Source of the DNA: Harriotta raleighana
Taxonomy: Eukaryota
Direction: 5' to 3'
Assembly (NCBI GenBank): GCA_050575255.1
Contig: JBNZDD010013695.1
Coordinates: 6,320,248 to 6,384,247 of the forward strand
Length of the DNA: 64,000 nucleotides
Shown: positions 1-12,450 of the stretch, in pieces
How positions within the stretch are numbered: position 1 is the stretch's first letter
Layout of the letters: each line of letters begins with the position of its first letter
Program-made: the position numbers and the translations under genes
The notes under the pieces: model-generated
What the model saw: the letters and a program-made list of their open reading frames with translations, nothing else
What the model was told of the DNA's origin: nothing
The model's database searches: none

Positions 1-3000
1 TGGCTTTGCTCAGAGAAAAAACACTTTAAACCCAGTTTTAACTGTCCGTAAGCCAGTCAGTCGTCTTCTGATTGTTTTCTTTTATCTTGACAAGACACAT
101 GTGGCTTCATAATTTGGTCACTGTTTGGTGCATTTTCACTCACAGAACACAGTCAATTCACTGTACAGTATATTCTGTGAATAGCTATATCAAATGTAAG
201 GATTATTATTAGTATGCTCTATAGAATGCACTGACTAGAAATGTGTTTTGAATGTGTACATTCTGTGTCTAGGCACTTTTGGTTTATTATATTTGAATAA
301 ATCTTATTACAACAATGGAACCTTCAAATTAACCTCAGAAAAGATTTGTTATTCCAGTTTCCTTTCCCCAGATCCCAATCGGTGCTCCTCCGCTCTCTGA
401 TGGAGAGCCTTAACAAGATTACCAGGAGGATTGGCAGTGATGAGATTCGAATCTCAATCCACTGCGTGACTATAAAAGTGGGGTTGCAATAACAAGCAGG
501 AAGACAGCCTTTTCCTCTCTCTCTCTCTGGAGACCTGGTGCCTCAGGAGCTAAACTGGGATGAGATGCTGGGTAAACCTATATTCCCCACAGCTGAGTGC
601 ATTAAGGGGTGATCTTTAAAATAATGAAGTAATTGACAGCCCAGCAAATCCTCTCTTTCCTCCAGTCGAAGCAGCTACAACGGTTCATACTGTCATCTGC
701 AAATTAAAGCCGAGACGGCCAGACATGAGATCACACACCACCTTCACACAGAGGATTGTGAGAACCTAGAATCCTCTGCCTCTGGAAAGCCATTAAACCC
801 AAAGCAAAAGGGAGATGAGATGAGTGGGTACTCAGGGCACTACAGCATTCGGGCTGACTGAGAGAAAAAAAATAGAATTTAAAAATATTTCATAGATATT
901 CCTTAATTTGTGCGTTATTCACTTGGATTGTATTAATTTCTACTGATTTGCCCAGTTCCTATTGAAAACGTTCCTAGCTCCTGGCTCTGTCACAGGTTTC
1001 TCCAGCATTTCCTATTCACTAAAAAAAACTACTCGTATATCCATCCTAGTTTTCTTAAACCTTTTTCATTTTTACCACATCATCATTAATGACGACGACA
1101 ACTTGCATTTATACAGCATCCCTTTACATGGGAGAGCATCTCGGAGCATTTTTTAGGGCCATTTGTGTCAAAGAATCCCTCAGCCTCACAAGGTTCTCTG
1201 TAAAAGCCTTTCTGCTGACCTCCCCCATTCTTCTGATAAATCCCAGTTGATGGGTTTCCTGTTATGTGGTGTGACAAGAAGCACATGGGAAGAGGATTCC
1301 ACACAGACACATACATACACATAAACATACATGCACACATATACAGACACACACATACACACACAATCATATGTACACACACACACACACAGTCTCAGTC
1401 AGCCTGGGGGTGGGGGGAGGTGGATATGGGGGGTGGAATATTGTGTTGTGATTGAGACTTAAGTGCTCACACTGAGAGAGCAGTGAAGTCGCTGTTGGAG
1501 GAGTAGATGAACCCACTATTCACTGCAGTGTCTTAGCCAGACACCCACCCACAGCAATGTAACTTGCATTTCCCACCGTTTGACAGGGCTCCTTTTCAAA
1601 GAGATTTCATGCCTCGCTGCTTCTCTCAATGCACCCTTCAGTCTCCTGTCACACATCCCCAGCTCTTCCGAGCTGTTGTGAGGCTCAAGATGGGCATCTC
1701 TGAAGTACGCCCAGCGCTGCTTCAAAGCACAGAGCTCCCACAACCATCTCACGTCAAGTCATTTGCACTGAATATATTAGAAACTGTTGTCGCGTTTTGA
1801 GTGCGTGTTTCTTTTTTTTATTAGTTGATGTTGACTCCAGTTTCAGATTCTCGGTGGATCTAAAGCGAGATATTCAGAAGAGGTAATTGTCTTACAGCAT
1901 CTCTGCCTGAGAACTTGGAGTAGGCAACCAGGATCTGTGGGAGTTCAGCTCTGGAAGTTCCAGCCCAAAAAAAAACTAGGTAACCTGCAGGGATCTGTTC
2001 ACTGTCAAGAGACACTGCCTCATTATCACGCACATTGTTTGATTTGGGTTTACCTCTCTGTCTCTTCTCCTCTCCTCAAACCATCAACTGGTCCCTGTCT
2101 CTGGAGCTTCTCTCAAGAGACTGCCCTTCATATTGCTAATCTGACTGAATGGATATCTTCACTGAGCAAGCCAGTCCTTGCCAGGCACCACACACAGCAA
2201 TGTGCCCAGTTTCCAGCGGGGGCCTAGCCATCACGCAACATGGAGCGACTCGTACTCTCTCCTCCCTAGACCCAGGATGCTGAGATCAACGAGATTTAAG
2301 GCTGAACTGGTCCCAAGGTGACATATTTGGCAATGGAGTGTCAGAGTCGTGCCAGCCCTCCCTGTGACGGTCTATAGTCTGGTCCCTGAGACAGTCTGAG
2401 GTGTGCAGTATATCCAGGGCTCTCAGTGTGTCTCTCTTTCTCTCTCTCAGCACAGTCCAGCCTGGCTCAACAGCAGGACCTGGAAGGGCAGACCAGTCAC
2501 TAGGGGCAGGGAATCCTCCCACTATCAGCGCCTGGTAACCCAGCAGCCAAAGCCCTAACTTAGGGGTAGAGCTGTCCTAGATGGACAAGCATCAGGGAAG
2601 CTAGCAGACAGATAAGCCCCTCTTTTCTCTCTTTTCCTTTATTCTCTCTCTCTCTCACTTTGCTCTAATATTGCTTATTTAAACTTAAATGCTGCTTCCT
2701 TTCTGAACAATATTTATTTTCTTTGAATTCCTCTGGTGTTTGCTGCAAGCCCAACGTGCCTGCACACTACAGTCTGACTCTTTTCATTACTTTATTATTG
2801 AGTGTTGCTGTCCTCCCCCTCAGGCACTTACCCACGTACATTATTCTCTACTGTGTGGGTGGACAGCCTCCTCTCTCTCTGCCTCTTCGCTTTGTTGCCA
2901 GTTCCATTGGTTGATAGGTTACAGACAGCAGCATATGGTAGCTAGCTGGCTTACTGAGGCTTTGCCTTGCTCAGTAAGAAAGCTGCCTGCCTGCACCCCT

Positions 3001-4366
3001 TCCACCATGACATGGGCACTCATCGTGTGTGTGTTTGTGTGCCAATGCCAGCTCTCATTCGGCGCATTGTGGCTTCCAGAACAAACAATGATAGCTCCAC
3101 ACAGTTTGCCATTACGAGGCTCTGATTCATTCACATTCCTTACAATTTTTATAACAATCATTGTATTCGATGTACAATATTTCATTATCAGATTGTTGAG
3201 GCGTCGCAGAATATAATGTAGAGTGGATCAACTGTATTTTTGAGGGCAAAACGCGGCAGCCAATTGCGCAGAGCAGTGTTCCACAAACAGTTGCGGATTG
3301 AGTGACCACATTACAGTAATTTTTTAAGGGATTATTACTTCGTGAAAAGCCAATAGGCTAACAACCGGGTTCCTACTGACTGCTAGGTAAACCGAGTACA
3401 GAAACTGGCCTAAGATTTTCCCCTGCCTGGAAATCCATCAGATACCATATATAGTTTGGGACACAATGTGCGAGTGACTGCCAGAATAGCGGAAGTCAAA
3501 TTGGATGGACCTTGGTCTTTTTTCACCTAGAAATTCTTTATGTTCTGATGAGAGACAGCATTGAGGAGGAGCACCGCTCCCAGCCCAGCAGTATTGAATA
3601 TTAATCCTTATACAGCATTTGAGATAGCACTTTTCACGTCGTCTAGACGTCTGAAAGCACTTCACAGAATATACTGAAAAGTGAATTGACAGGATATTTG
3701 TGGGCAAAACGCAGCAGCCAATTGTGCACAGCAGCGTCCCACAAACAGTTGTGGATTGATGCGACCAATTTTTGTTGGATTTTTGTCAGGCATGTAGAGT
3801 AAGGAAACTTGCCCAAGTTTTCACCCTGCTGGGATTCAAACCCAAAGTCTCTTGCTTGAGAGGCACAGGACTCCCTTGAAACAGGCAAGAAAGTTCACCA
3901 CCTCAATGAACTTTACCATAGAGTAGAAATAATGAATGAGAAGCAATCATTGCTGCAGCTCTGCTCAATCCAGAAGATCGAGCAATTTCTTAAATGTATC
4001 CGCTTTGCTGTCTACGTAACTCCGTGACTTTAAGATACTCCTATCCAATCTTTCACTATGTGTAGGTATCCTTCAGTAGTCTTTGCTGTATTCGTCGACT
4101 TCCTTGCCAAGAATCACACTTTTCCCTTCAACTAGCTGAGTTGTATTTTTAGCAATTTTGTGCCCTGCTTCATTTTCATAAGCAATGTGCAACACCATCT
4201 TCCTCAACAAGAAAAGCAAACTGGAGAGCAGGTGCAAGGCAAAGCAATCCATCTAGGATACCCAACACCTCCAGATTTGTGAATTCGACTAAGTACAGAC
4301 TTTTCCACGAGTCAAGTATATACTCACTCCCGACATAGACAGTATCTTCCCGGTTGTCAACATACT

Positions 4367-4701
4367 GTGGAGCTCCTATGGCTCAGTGGTTAGAGCACTC
4401 GCCTTACATGCCTTACAGGCATGAGACCTATGTTCGAATCCAGGCAGATCAGGGCGAAACCTTGGGCAAGTTTCCTTACTCCACATGCCTAATAATAATC
4501 CCTCCAAAAAACTACAATAATAAAAAAAATTGGTCATTTCTATCTATGACTGTTTGTGGGACACTGCTGTGCGCAATTGGCTGCCGCGTTCCGCCCACAA
4601 ATATACAGTCAATTCACTTTACAGTATATTCTGTGAAGCGCTTTGGGACGTTGATAAGATGTGAAAAGCGCTATATCAAATGCAAGGATTATTATTATTA
4701 T
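4367..4701 (+). mobile_element. SINE copy, same family
   Basis: tRNA-like head and (ATT)n tail abutting the N gap. Confidence 0.88.
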
Positions 4702-5677
4702 NNNNNNNNNNNNNNNNNNNNNNNNNNNNNNNNNNNNNNNNNNNNNNNNNNNNNNNNNNNNNNNNNNNNNNNNNNNNNNNNNNNNNNNNNNNNNNNNNNN
4801 NNNNNNNNNNNNNNNNNNNNNNNNNNNNNNNNNNNNNNNNNNNNNNNNNNNNNNNNNNNNNNNNNNNNNNNNNNNNNNNNNNNNNNNNNNNNNNNNNNNN
4901 NNNNNNNNNNNNNNNNNNNNNNNNNNNNNNNNNNNNNNNNNNNNNNNNNNNNNNNNNNNNNNNNNNNNNNNNNNNNNNNNNNNNNNNNNNNNNNNNNNNN
5001 NNNNNNNNNNNNNNNNNNNNNNNNNNNNNNNNNNNNNNNNNNNNNNNNNNNNNNNNNNNNNNNNNNNNNNNNNNNNNNNNNNNNNNNNNNNNNNNNNNNN
5101 NNNNNNNNNNNNNNNNNNNNNNNNNNNNNNNNNNNNNNNNNNNNNNNNNNNNNNNNNNNNNNNNNNNNNNNNNNNNNNNNNNNNNNNNNNNNNNNNNNNN
5201 NNNNNNNNNNNNNNNNNNNNNNNNNNNNNNNNNNNNNNNNNNNNNNNNNNNNNNNNNNNNNNNNNNNNNNNNNNNNNNNNNNNNNNNNNNNNNNNNNNNN
5301 NNNNNNNNNNNNNNNNNNNNNNNNNNNNNNNNNNNNNNNNNNNNNNNNNNNNNNNNNNNNNNNNNNNNNNNNNNNNNNNNNNNNNNNNNNNNNNNNNNNN
5401 NNNNNNNNNNNNNNNNNNNNNNNNNNNNNNNNNNNNNNNNNNNNNNNNNNNNNNNNNNNNNNNNNNNNNNNNNNNNNNNNNNNNNNNNNNNNNNNNNNNN
5501 NNNNNNNNNNNNNNNNNNNNNNNNNNNNNNNNNNNNNNNNNNNNNNNNNNNNNNNNNNNNNNNNNNNNNNNNNNNNNNNNNNNNNNNNNNNNNNNNNNNN
5601 NNNNNNNNNNNNNNNNNNNNNNNNNNNNNNNNNNNNNNNNNNNNNNNNNNNNNNNNNNNNNNNNNNNNNNNNNNNNN
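4702..5677. other. Assembly gap (976 N); 4542-4701 is repeated identically at 5678-5837
   Basis: N run with an identical 160-bp sequence on both sides. Confidence 0.95.
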
Positions 5678-8600
5678 ATCTATGACTGTTTGTGGGACAC
5701 TGCTGTGCGCAATTGGCTGCCGCGTTCCGCCCACAAATATACAGTCAATTCACTTTACAGTATATTCTGTGAAGCGCTTTGGGACGTTGATAAGATGTGA
5801 AAAGCGCTATATCAAATGCAAGGATTATTATTATTATACTGTAAAGTGTATATTTGTGGGCAAAATGTGGCAGCCATTGGATTAGGTTTTTTTTGAGAGA
5901 TTATCAGGCATGTGGAGGAAGGAAAGTTGCCCAAGGTTTCGCTCTGACCTGCCGGGAATCAAACCCAGGTCTCTCGCTTGCGAGGCAAGTGCTCTAACCA
6001 CTGAGCTACAGGACCCCAATTGTCAAAACCAATTGGCAACCCAGGTGGTCAAATCCCAAAGCTTAGACCGTCTTGGTCTGTCAGGATGGGCTCCACAATG
6101 GACTTGATCCACTAGAGGGAGCCCTTTGAGTACCACATCTGGAGCCCCACACTTCTGGTTTGAACTGGAGAGGTGATAGACATAGTGAAAGGAAGGCTAA
6201 TTCTAAAGCAATTACTGCACTTTAATTGAAGTATCAGCCTGAGAGCATTATGGACATAACAATCTTTCTGCTTCATCAAGAGGCCAGATTTTAAAGCCGC
6301 AATTAACAGCAGTTTGGGTTTATACAGATAGTGCACCTCAAAGAGAGAGAGAGCTAGAGAGAATGTGCTCTACAATGAACAAGAGCACACGGATTGGTGA
6401 TCATAAGGGAGAGGTTTTTTGTTGTTGGCTTTGGAAGTAAGATGGTGGTGGTGAGATGATGGGAAGTGGGTGGGGGAGGGACAGTAAAACTCCACAGTCC
6501 AATGTTAAAAATAATAAGTTTACTCAATCCACAACTGTTTGAGTGACACTGGTGACAATTGGCTGCCCTGTTACACCCACAAAATTTACATTCAATTCAC
6601 ATTTATAGTATACTCTGTGAAGCGCTTTGAGATGTGGTAAGGCGCTATATCAAATGCAAGAATTATTATTAGTATTATTGGGCAAGTTTCTCTGCACAGT
6701 AATGTACGATTCTTTACACTTGCCGGTGGCTGGTGTTTGAGTAAACTGGTGACATTTACCAGCCTTGAAATAGAATGAAATTACCCTCTCACTAGTAATG
6801 CAAACTACATGGAAATGTGGCAAATTATGTTAAAAGAGACAGTTTTATCCTGAACTGTAACGAGACCTGATTAACAATCTGCTCAATCATGGCATATCCC
6901 CTTTAAGAGAAGCTGTTTGTCTTAGGCATTTCTACTCTTATTCCCCAAAAGTTGATCAGATTTTCTGTTACCTTAAGAAAGCAAGATAAATAATGAGTGA
7001 GATTGTTGCTATTATCCAGTGAAGAGCAGGAAATGGGGTTAGGGGGAGAGCTCCAGGAGGGGAGGGAGCGTGAGCATAGACACGATGGAGAGAGCAAGAG
7101 AGCAGGGAATAACGCCAGTTACATTGGCACCAAACAACGCAGACCATTAAACCCAGATTTATTAACATTTCACCAAATGATTAATGTTTAATGTGCAGCA
7201 GAAACAACATATTGTGAAACTGATGGAGCCCCATTTATATTCTACTCATGGTGCTGCCTGTAATCTGTTTATGGTTTCATTACTGCCAGGTCACTAGGTC
7301 AGCTCGGTTTATCCAGTCCCTTGGGTCAGTTTAATGTCTCTCCTACTGATTGTCCCAGAGAGAGTGGTGAAGAATACAGATAATATGAGAAAGATTTACT
7401 GGTGACACCTGCTTTGCTCTCTAGCACTTGTTTCTTTGATAATAATCCTTACATTTGATGTTGTCTTTAGCTGGTTAGACTATCTGCAACGCACACTCTG
7501 GGCTCACCTTGGCTCTGGCCTAATACTCTCCAGAATTAGGTAAGCAGGATAAGGAGAGAGAGAGAGAGAGAGAGAGTGCATTTCATTCCAACAATCTCTC
7601 TCTGGGATTTTCATGTGTAGGTAGGATCTCAGTTTGGTTTGGATAGTCTCAAGCATGGTAATGTGGCAAATTATCACGGGTATCAGACACCTGGGTGCCC
7701 AACAAAAATATATCAACGTCAAAACATCCCATCATTGAATGAGGTGATTGCCTGCCCCTACACATTGGGTGCTTGAGGCACTCGGAGACTGTGGTACCAC
7801 ACATCTTATATGCCTTTGGGAGAGGAATGGGGAGAAACTTAGAGAAAATAAAACAATCTTGAGCGTTAGTCGATTGACCAACTCATGGAGTGGATGAGCC
7901 AGGTGTTGAGGAGCTGAAGCCACAGATCAGACATTACAGGTTCCCTTATCAGTAATTCTTTGACAATCTCTCCTTTCCTCAATTTAGGTTTGGGGAGATA
8001 ATTCAGCCTGGCAACCTTTCAACCAAGCAAGCTCCCAGCCATTTCACAATTACATTATTCCCAATAGTCTGTCATTCATAAACTCATTAAACACATCAAC
8101 ACAGACTGAAAACACGTTTAACTCAACACTGATGCCTATTGCCCGACTGACTCAATGTGAAACTATTCAAAATAAACAAATCCACCAATCCCTTTTATAA
8201 CAACAACAAAAAATTACATTTATAGAGCGCCTTTCACATCGGGAGGACGTCCCAAGGCATTGAAACACACAGGGACCCACAGGAAGTGATATCAGCAGTG
8301 ACTTGATGATCGGATAGCTGCTATCACCAGTCATAACATTATAATGTGGATCCTTATATAAGAGACTGATTGGTTTGACCAATTATTTTGTTGACCCCCC
8401 CTCTCCCCAACTCTAACCCCACCCCCCCTCCGCCCATCACCACATTATAACAGGATGGTCTCAACTGGCAAACCAATGAGATGAACTCCATATAATTGGG
8501 GTGCAAACACAGTGTGTGACATGACAATAATCTGATCTGCAAGAGCTGGAGTGCTGCTAAATCTGCAAATCCAACTTCCTACCCCCCAGCCTCCCTGCCC

Positions 8601-10193
8601 TCCTAATCCCAACCCCTCTTTTGGGTCCAACTCCCTGACTACCCAGAACCTTGGAGATATCCTCCAGACCTGAAAGTCACTGTGTACATGTCAATTGTTG
8701 TTTGCTGTTGTTGTTGTTGGATGGCCTGTATAGTGGGAGGCCTGTATAGTGGGAGCTCTGTCTGCTCTGTATGTGAATATAGCTGATACTGTAGCTGGAG
8801 TTGGATTCTACTCCTGTGCCAGTGTTGGATGTGTTCTGGCCAGTGGCAGCAAAGCCTAGATCTGGTGAGTCCTGTTCCTCCTCCTGTCCTGCACCTGGGG
8901 CCTCAATGTCAAAACTTACTCACCTTCTCACCATGTCCCTCAAGGGCCTTTTACTCTAGATCTCACCACATGGAACCCTCATCCAGTCACAAGTTGTTTC
9001 TGACTCACTGCCTTTCCATGCAACTTATCCATTGAGGAACCTAGTTCTGCCTGACACCTTCCTTCGCCCTGAACCCTGCAACTAAAATTAATCAGTGATT
9101 TTAGTGCTACAATCCCTCAAGTGCGGTCCGAGACGCAGTCTGGTATGAAGGGCGCTATATAAATGCATGTTGTGTTGTTATGATTGCTTTAGCTAACACA
9201 GTGTCTCTCAGATCACCGCAAATAAACCTCAGCTCCTGAGCCAACGCAGAACCAACTTGCATCCAGAATTGCATCCAATTCAATTCTTAATTCAGGTTCA
9301 GAATAAACAGGATTGGCTGGAAACAAAACCAGCTTCAGGAAGAGAGCAACATGGACAGTAAAACAGAGGCGCTGAATGTTTGACCTTTAGCAGACGAGAG
9401 TGTGTGTGCCAACACTCCCACTCTGTGTGGGTGGTTTATTGTATGCCAGTGTACACATCCTCCCCTTCTGTCCCCACTCACACACACTCACACACAGACA
9501 CACACACTCAGTCACTCGCACACATTCGCATACATGCACACACACAGGCACAATGCCTCATTCACTGGCACCCACATTGAGTGTATTTCCATGGACACCA
9601 CAATGATCTGACTCACTGTACCTGAATCTCTTTGTTGCTGTAGTTAATAGCATTCAACTCCAGCCCACAGTGTTATTACAGGAGACCATCTCCAGACCAT
9701 TGAAATGCCATTTGTTTTTTTACTATTGGTGATTAATATCATTCACTCCCGACACACAGGACCTTATACACACATACACACATGCGGACTGGCTGGGAAT
9801 ACTCACTCATTCACATGGTCAAAATACAAGTTTCTCACAAAGACCAATTTTGGGTGATGATTGACACAGAGGGAGCTGGTCAGATTGATAATCCCGCAAG
9901 TGGGGGCTGTGGATTGTGCTCTGTGTTTGCAGCTCGAACCCAGACTAGTGGCATGGGATGCCTCCTGTGAGTGTGTCCGTGTGAGATAAGTGAGATTGGG
10001 GCCAGGATCAGCCCTATTTCTGGTGAGGATCGATTCACCACAATCTGTCCATCATTAATTAATCCTGGGAGAATCTCAGTGAGAGAGACTCGGGATATCA
10101 GCAGTAGGCAGTGGGAAGGGTTCCACTCTCAGATAGGGAATAAAACAGCAAGTTTCAAATTGGGACAATTCATAAATTCCTAACAACTGTCTA

Positions 10194-10556
10194 GTGGAGT
10201 CCTGTAGCTCAGTGATTAGAGCATTCGCCACGCAAGCAAGCGGAGCCAGGTTCGATTCCCGGGCGGGGCAAAACCTTAGGCAAGTTTCCTTACTCCACAC
10301 AGCTCTGTTTCCTGAGCAGAAACTAGGAACTCAGTTGTTTAGTCCATTGTTGGATCGCTTTCTGAGGTTAATAATTCCTTCAAAAAAAATAAATCGGTCA
10401 TTCAATCCACGATTGTTTGTGGGACACAGTTGTGAACAATTGGCTGCCGCATTTCACGCACAACATAGCATTCACTGCACTTTACAGTATAACCCTTGAG
10501 ACGTCTAGAAGTCATGAAAAGTGCTATAGCAAATACAAGGGTTATTATTTTTATTA
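10194..10556 (+). mobile_element. Full-length tRNA-derived SINE (A box TAGCTCAGTG, B box GGTTCGATTCC, L2-like tail ending (ATT)n); representative of dozens of copies and fragments in the window
   Basis: Shared body GGGCAAGTTTCCTTACTCCACAC...CAATTGGCTGCC...GTGAAGCGCTTTGAGAC...AAATGCAAGGATTATT recurs on both strands. Confidence 0.9.
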
Positions 10557-11299
10557 TATACTGTGAAGCGTTTTGAGACGTCTCGAAGACGTGTTAAGGC
10601 GCTGTATCAAATGCCCACAATTATTATATCTAGGATTGCACAAGGATAACAGCTGCATGTGGGGGAGAGATCAGGGGGTAGCTGGGGTCGGTGTATTTAT
10701 ACTAGAGTCAGCATCAACCTTTAGGAGAGAAAAGGGAGAGGGATAGAAAAGCATCTCTCTGTACACACACAGGCACCTGCACACATCTGCTCTCTGTTTA
10801 CCTTTGTGTTTACCTCCGTAGATGTGGTATACAACACAAGACCTGATTGGGGGGGACTGTGCCGTACCTGTTACAGTATCACACAAACACTCTTTAGACC
10901 TGCGCTAACAAATAACCCGATCCATTGCCACAACTGCAGAGGAACGCCATGACGTTTTGCCCACAAAATTTACAGTCACTACACTTTACAGTGTATCTCG
11001 CAAAGCTCTTTGAGATGCCTCGATGACAGGGTAAGGCGCTGTATCAAATGCAAGGATTATCATTACCGAACAAGAGCGTCAAGGCGCAATCAATCGGGGT
11101 TCTGAAATCTGCAGCTTTTCATATCTCATTTCAGAATTTGGGTGGATTGATCGGTTTATTGGTTTGTCTCCACATCAAAAACACTGCACTGTAAAAAATG
11201 AGAAGCTCTCCTAGTGGGTGAGAAAGCAGCATTCACTCTCCACACTTTCCCTACTCATTTCATCTTTGGAGATTATCTGTTTGAGTGACACGAGATGCA

Positions 11300-11550
11300 T
11301 AGCACCACTTACTGTCCCTCTTCCCATCCGTCCCTCTGTTCCCCTTCTCCCACTCTACTATCTCCCATCTCTCTCCCTTACTTCCCCCTCTCCTCTCCAC
11401 ACTCCTCCCTCACACCATCTCCCCTCTCCCTCTCCCCGCTTCTCCTCTTCGTCTTTCTCTCCTTTTCCCCCTCTCTCCCCCCTCCTGTTCCTCCCCCTTT
11501 ACCCCTCCTCTCTCTCCCCTTGTCCCACCCCATCCCTTTCTCTTTCCTCA
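11300..11550 (+). repeat. C/T-rich low-complexity tract in CAMK2A intron 2
   Basis: About 250 nt almost entirely pyrimidine on plus. Confidence 0.85.
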
Positions 11551-11901
11551 CATTTGTATCTGGCTTTAATGCTGATATAGCCACAGGTGCTTTTACCTGG
11601 AGGTTTGCAGTACAGAGTGAGGTGAGGATGGAGCTCAGTGTATATACAGTGAATGTACTCACTTTATAGTACATTCTGTGAAGCGCTTTGAGACACAGTC
11701 TAGACAGAAGATGTGAAAAGCTATATCATTGCAAGGATTATTATTATTATTATTATAGTGCACAACCTGCTGTTAGTTCACACACAGAGCAAGAGCTAGA
11801 GAGAGAGAGAGAGATAGAAAACGAGAGCAAAGTCGGAGCCTGAGATCTCAACAAAACTCAAACCATTCCCGATGAAATGGGGAGTACATCCCCTCACTCA
11901 C

Positions 11902-11996
11902 CTCGGGCAGACAGTTTCTTGGTGTTGATAATCTTGGCTGCGTAATCCTGTCCAGTTAGAGTCTTCACACACCTCTTGACCACAGAGAAAGCTCCC
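11902..11996 (-). CDS. CAMK2A: CaM kinase II alpha, exon 2 ([31 protein letters not shown]); later exons are not seen in the window
   Basis: 95 nt, TTTTCAG acceptor, G|GTGAG donor; encodes the Gly-loop remainder and the catalytic Lys motif YAAKII. Confidence 0.95.
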
Positions 11997-12110
11997 CTGA
12001 AAATCACCCCAAAACAGATATTAACATTCGCAGTCAATCCCAAACGGAGACAAAATAGGAATCGATGGCTTGTGCAATCATTGTGTGTGTTTGGTGTGTG
12101 GTTGCCTTAC

Positions 12111-12172
12111 TTTCCCAGCTCCTCGTAAAGCTGATATTCCTCACTGAACCTGGTGCACGTTATCGTTGCCAT
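12111..12172 (-). CDS. CAMK2A: CaM kinase II alpha, coding exon 1 (MATITCTRFSEEYQLYEELGK)
   Basis: Translation matches the alpha-type N-terminus MATITCTRF.EEYQL.EELGK; 62-nt coding length; AA|GTAAG donor; synteny with ARSI. Confidence 0.95.
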
Positions 12173-12399
12173 GTCGTTGGTACTGTATCGCCCTCTCTGT
12201 CTGTCTCTCTCTCTCTCTCTCCCTCTCTTTCTCTCTCGCTCTCCCTCTCTCTTCCCTTCCCCTTCTTCAGCCTCGAGCTCCTCCAAACCTTTTGATTGAC
12301 AGCTCACCCAATGATAAACGTGGAAGACACAGCCAGTCCTAATCTCACTCTCTCCACATCACTCCCCTCACCCTCATCACACACCCACTTCCAACCCGT

Positions 12400-12450
12400 C
12401 CACGTTTCCAGGGCAACAGCATCTAGCTCTAAAGAAGCCACTTTAACTCT
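12400..12450 (-). promoter_or_regulatory. CAMK2A proximal promoter element: RFX X-box GTTTCCAGGGCAAC (12404-12417) with a TTAAAGTG motif upstream on the minus strand
   Basis: Good match to the RFX palindrome GTTNCCATGGNAAC, about 230 nt upstream of the ATG. Confidence 0.55.

Noticed and set aside
4354-5885. Long ORFs of 350-440 aa
   Set aside because: Artefacts of translating the N gap; the flanks are SINE sequence.
10194-10270. tRNA-like sequence (also at 4367, 14780, 63300 and others)
   Set aside because: SINE heads: no complete acceptor stem, and they continue into the SINE body.
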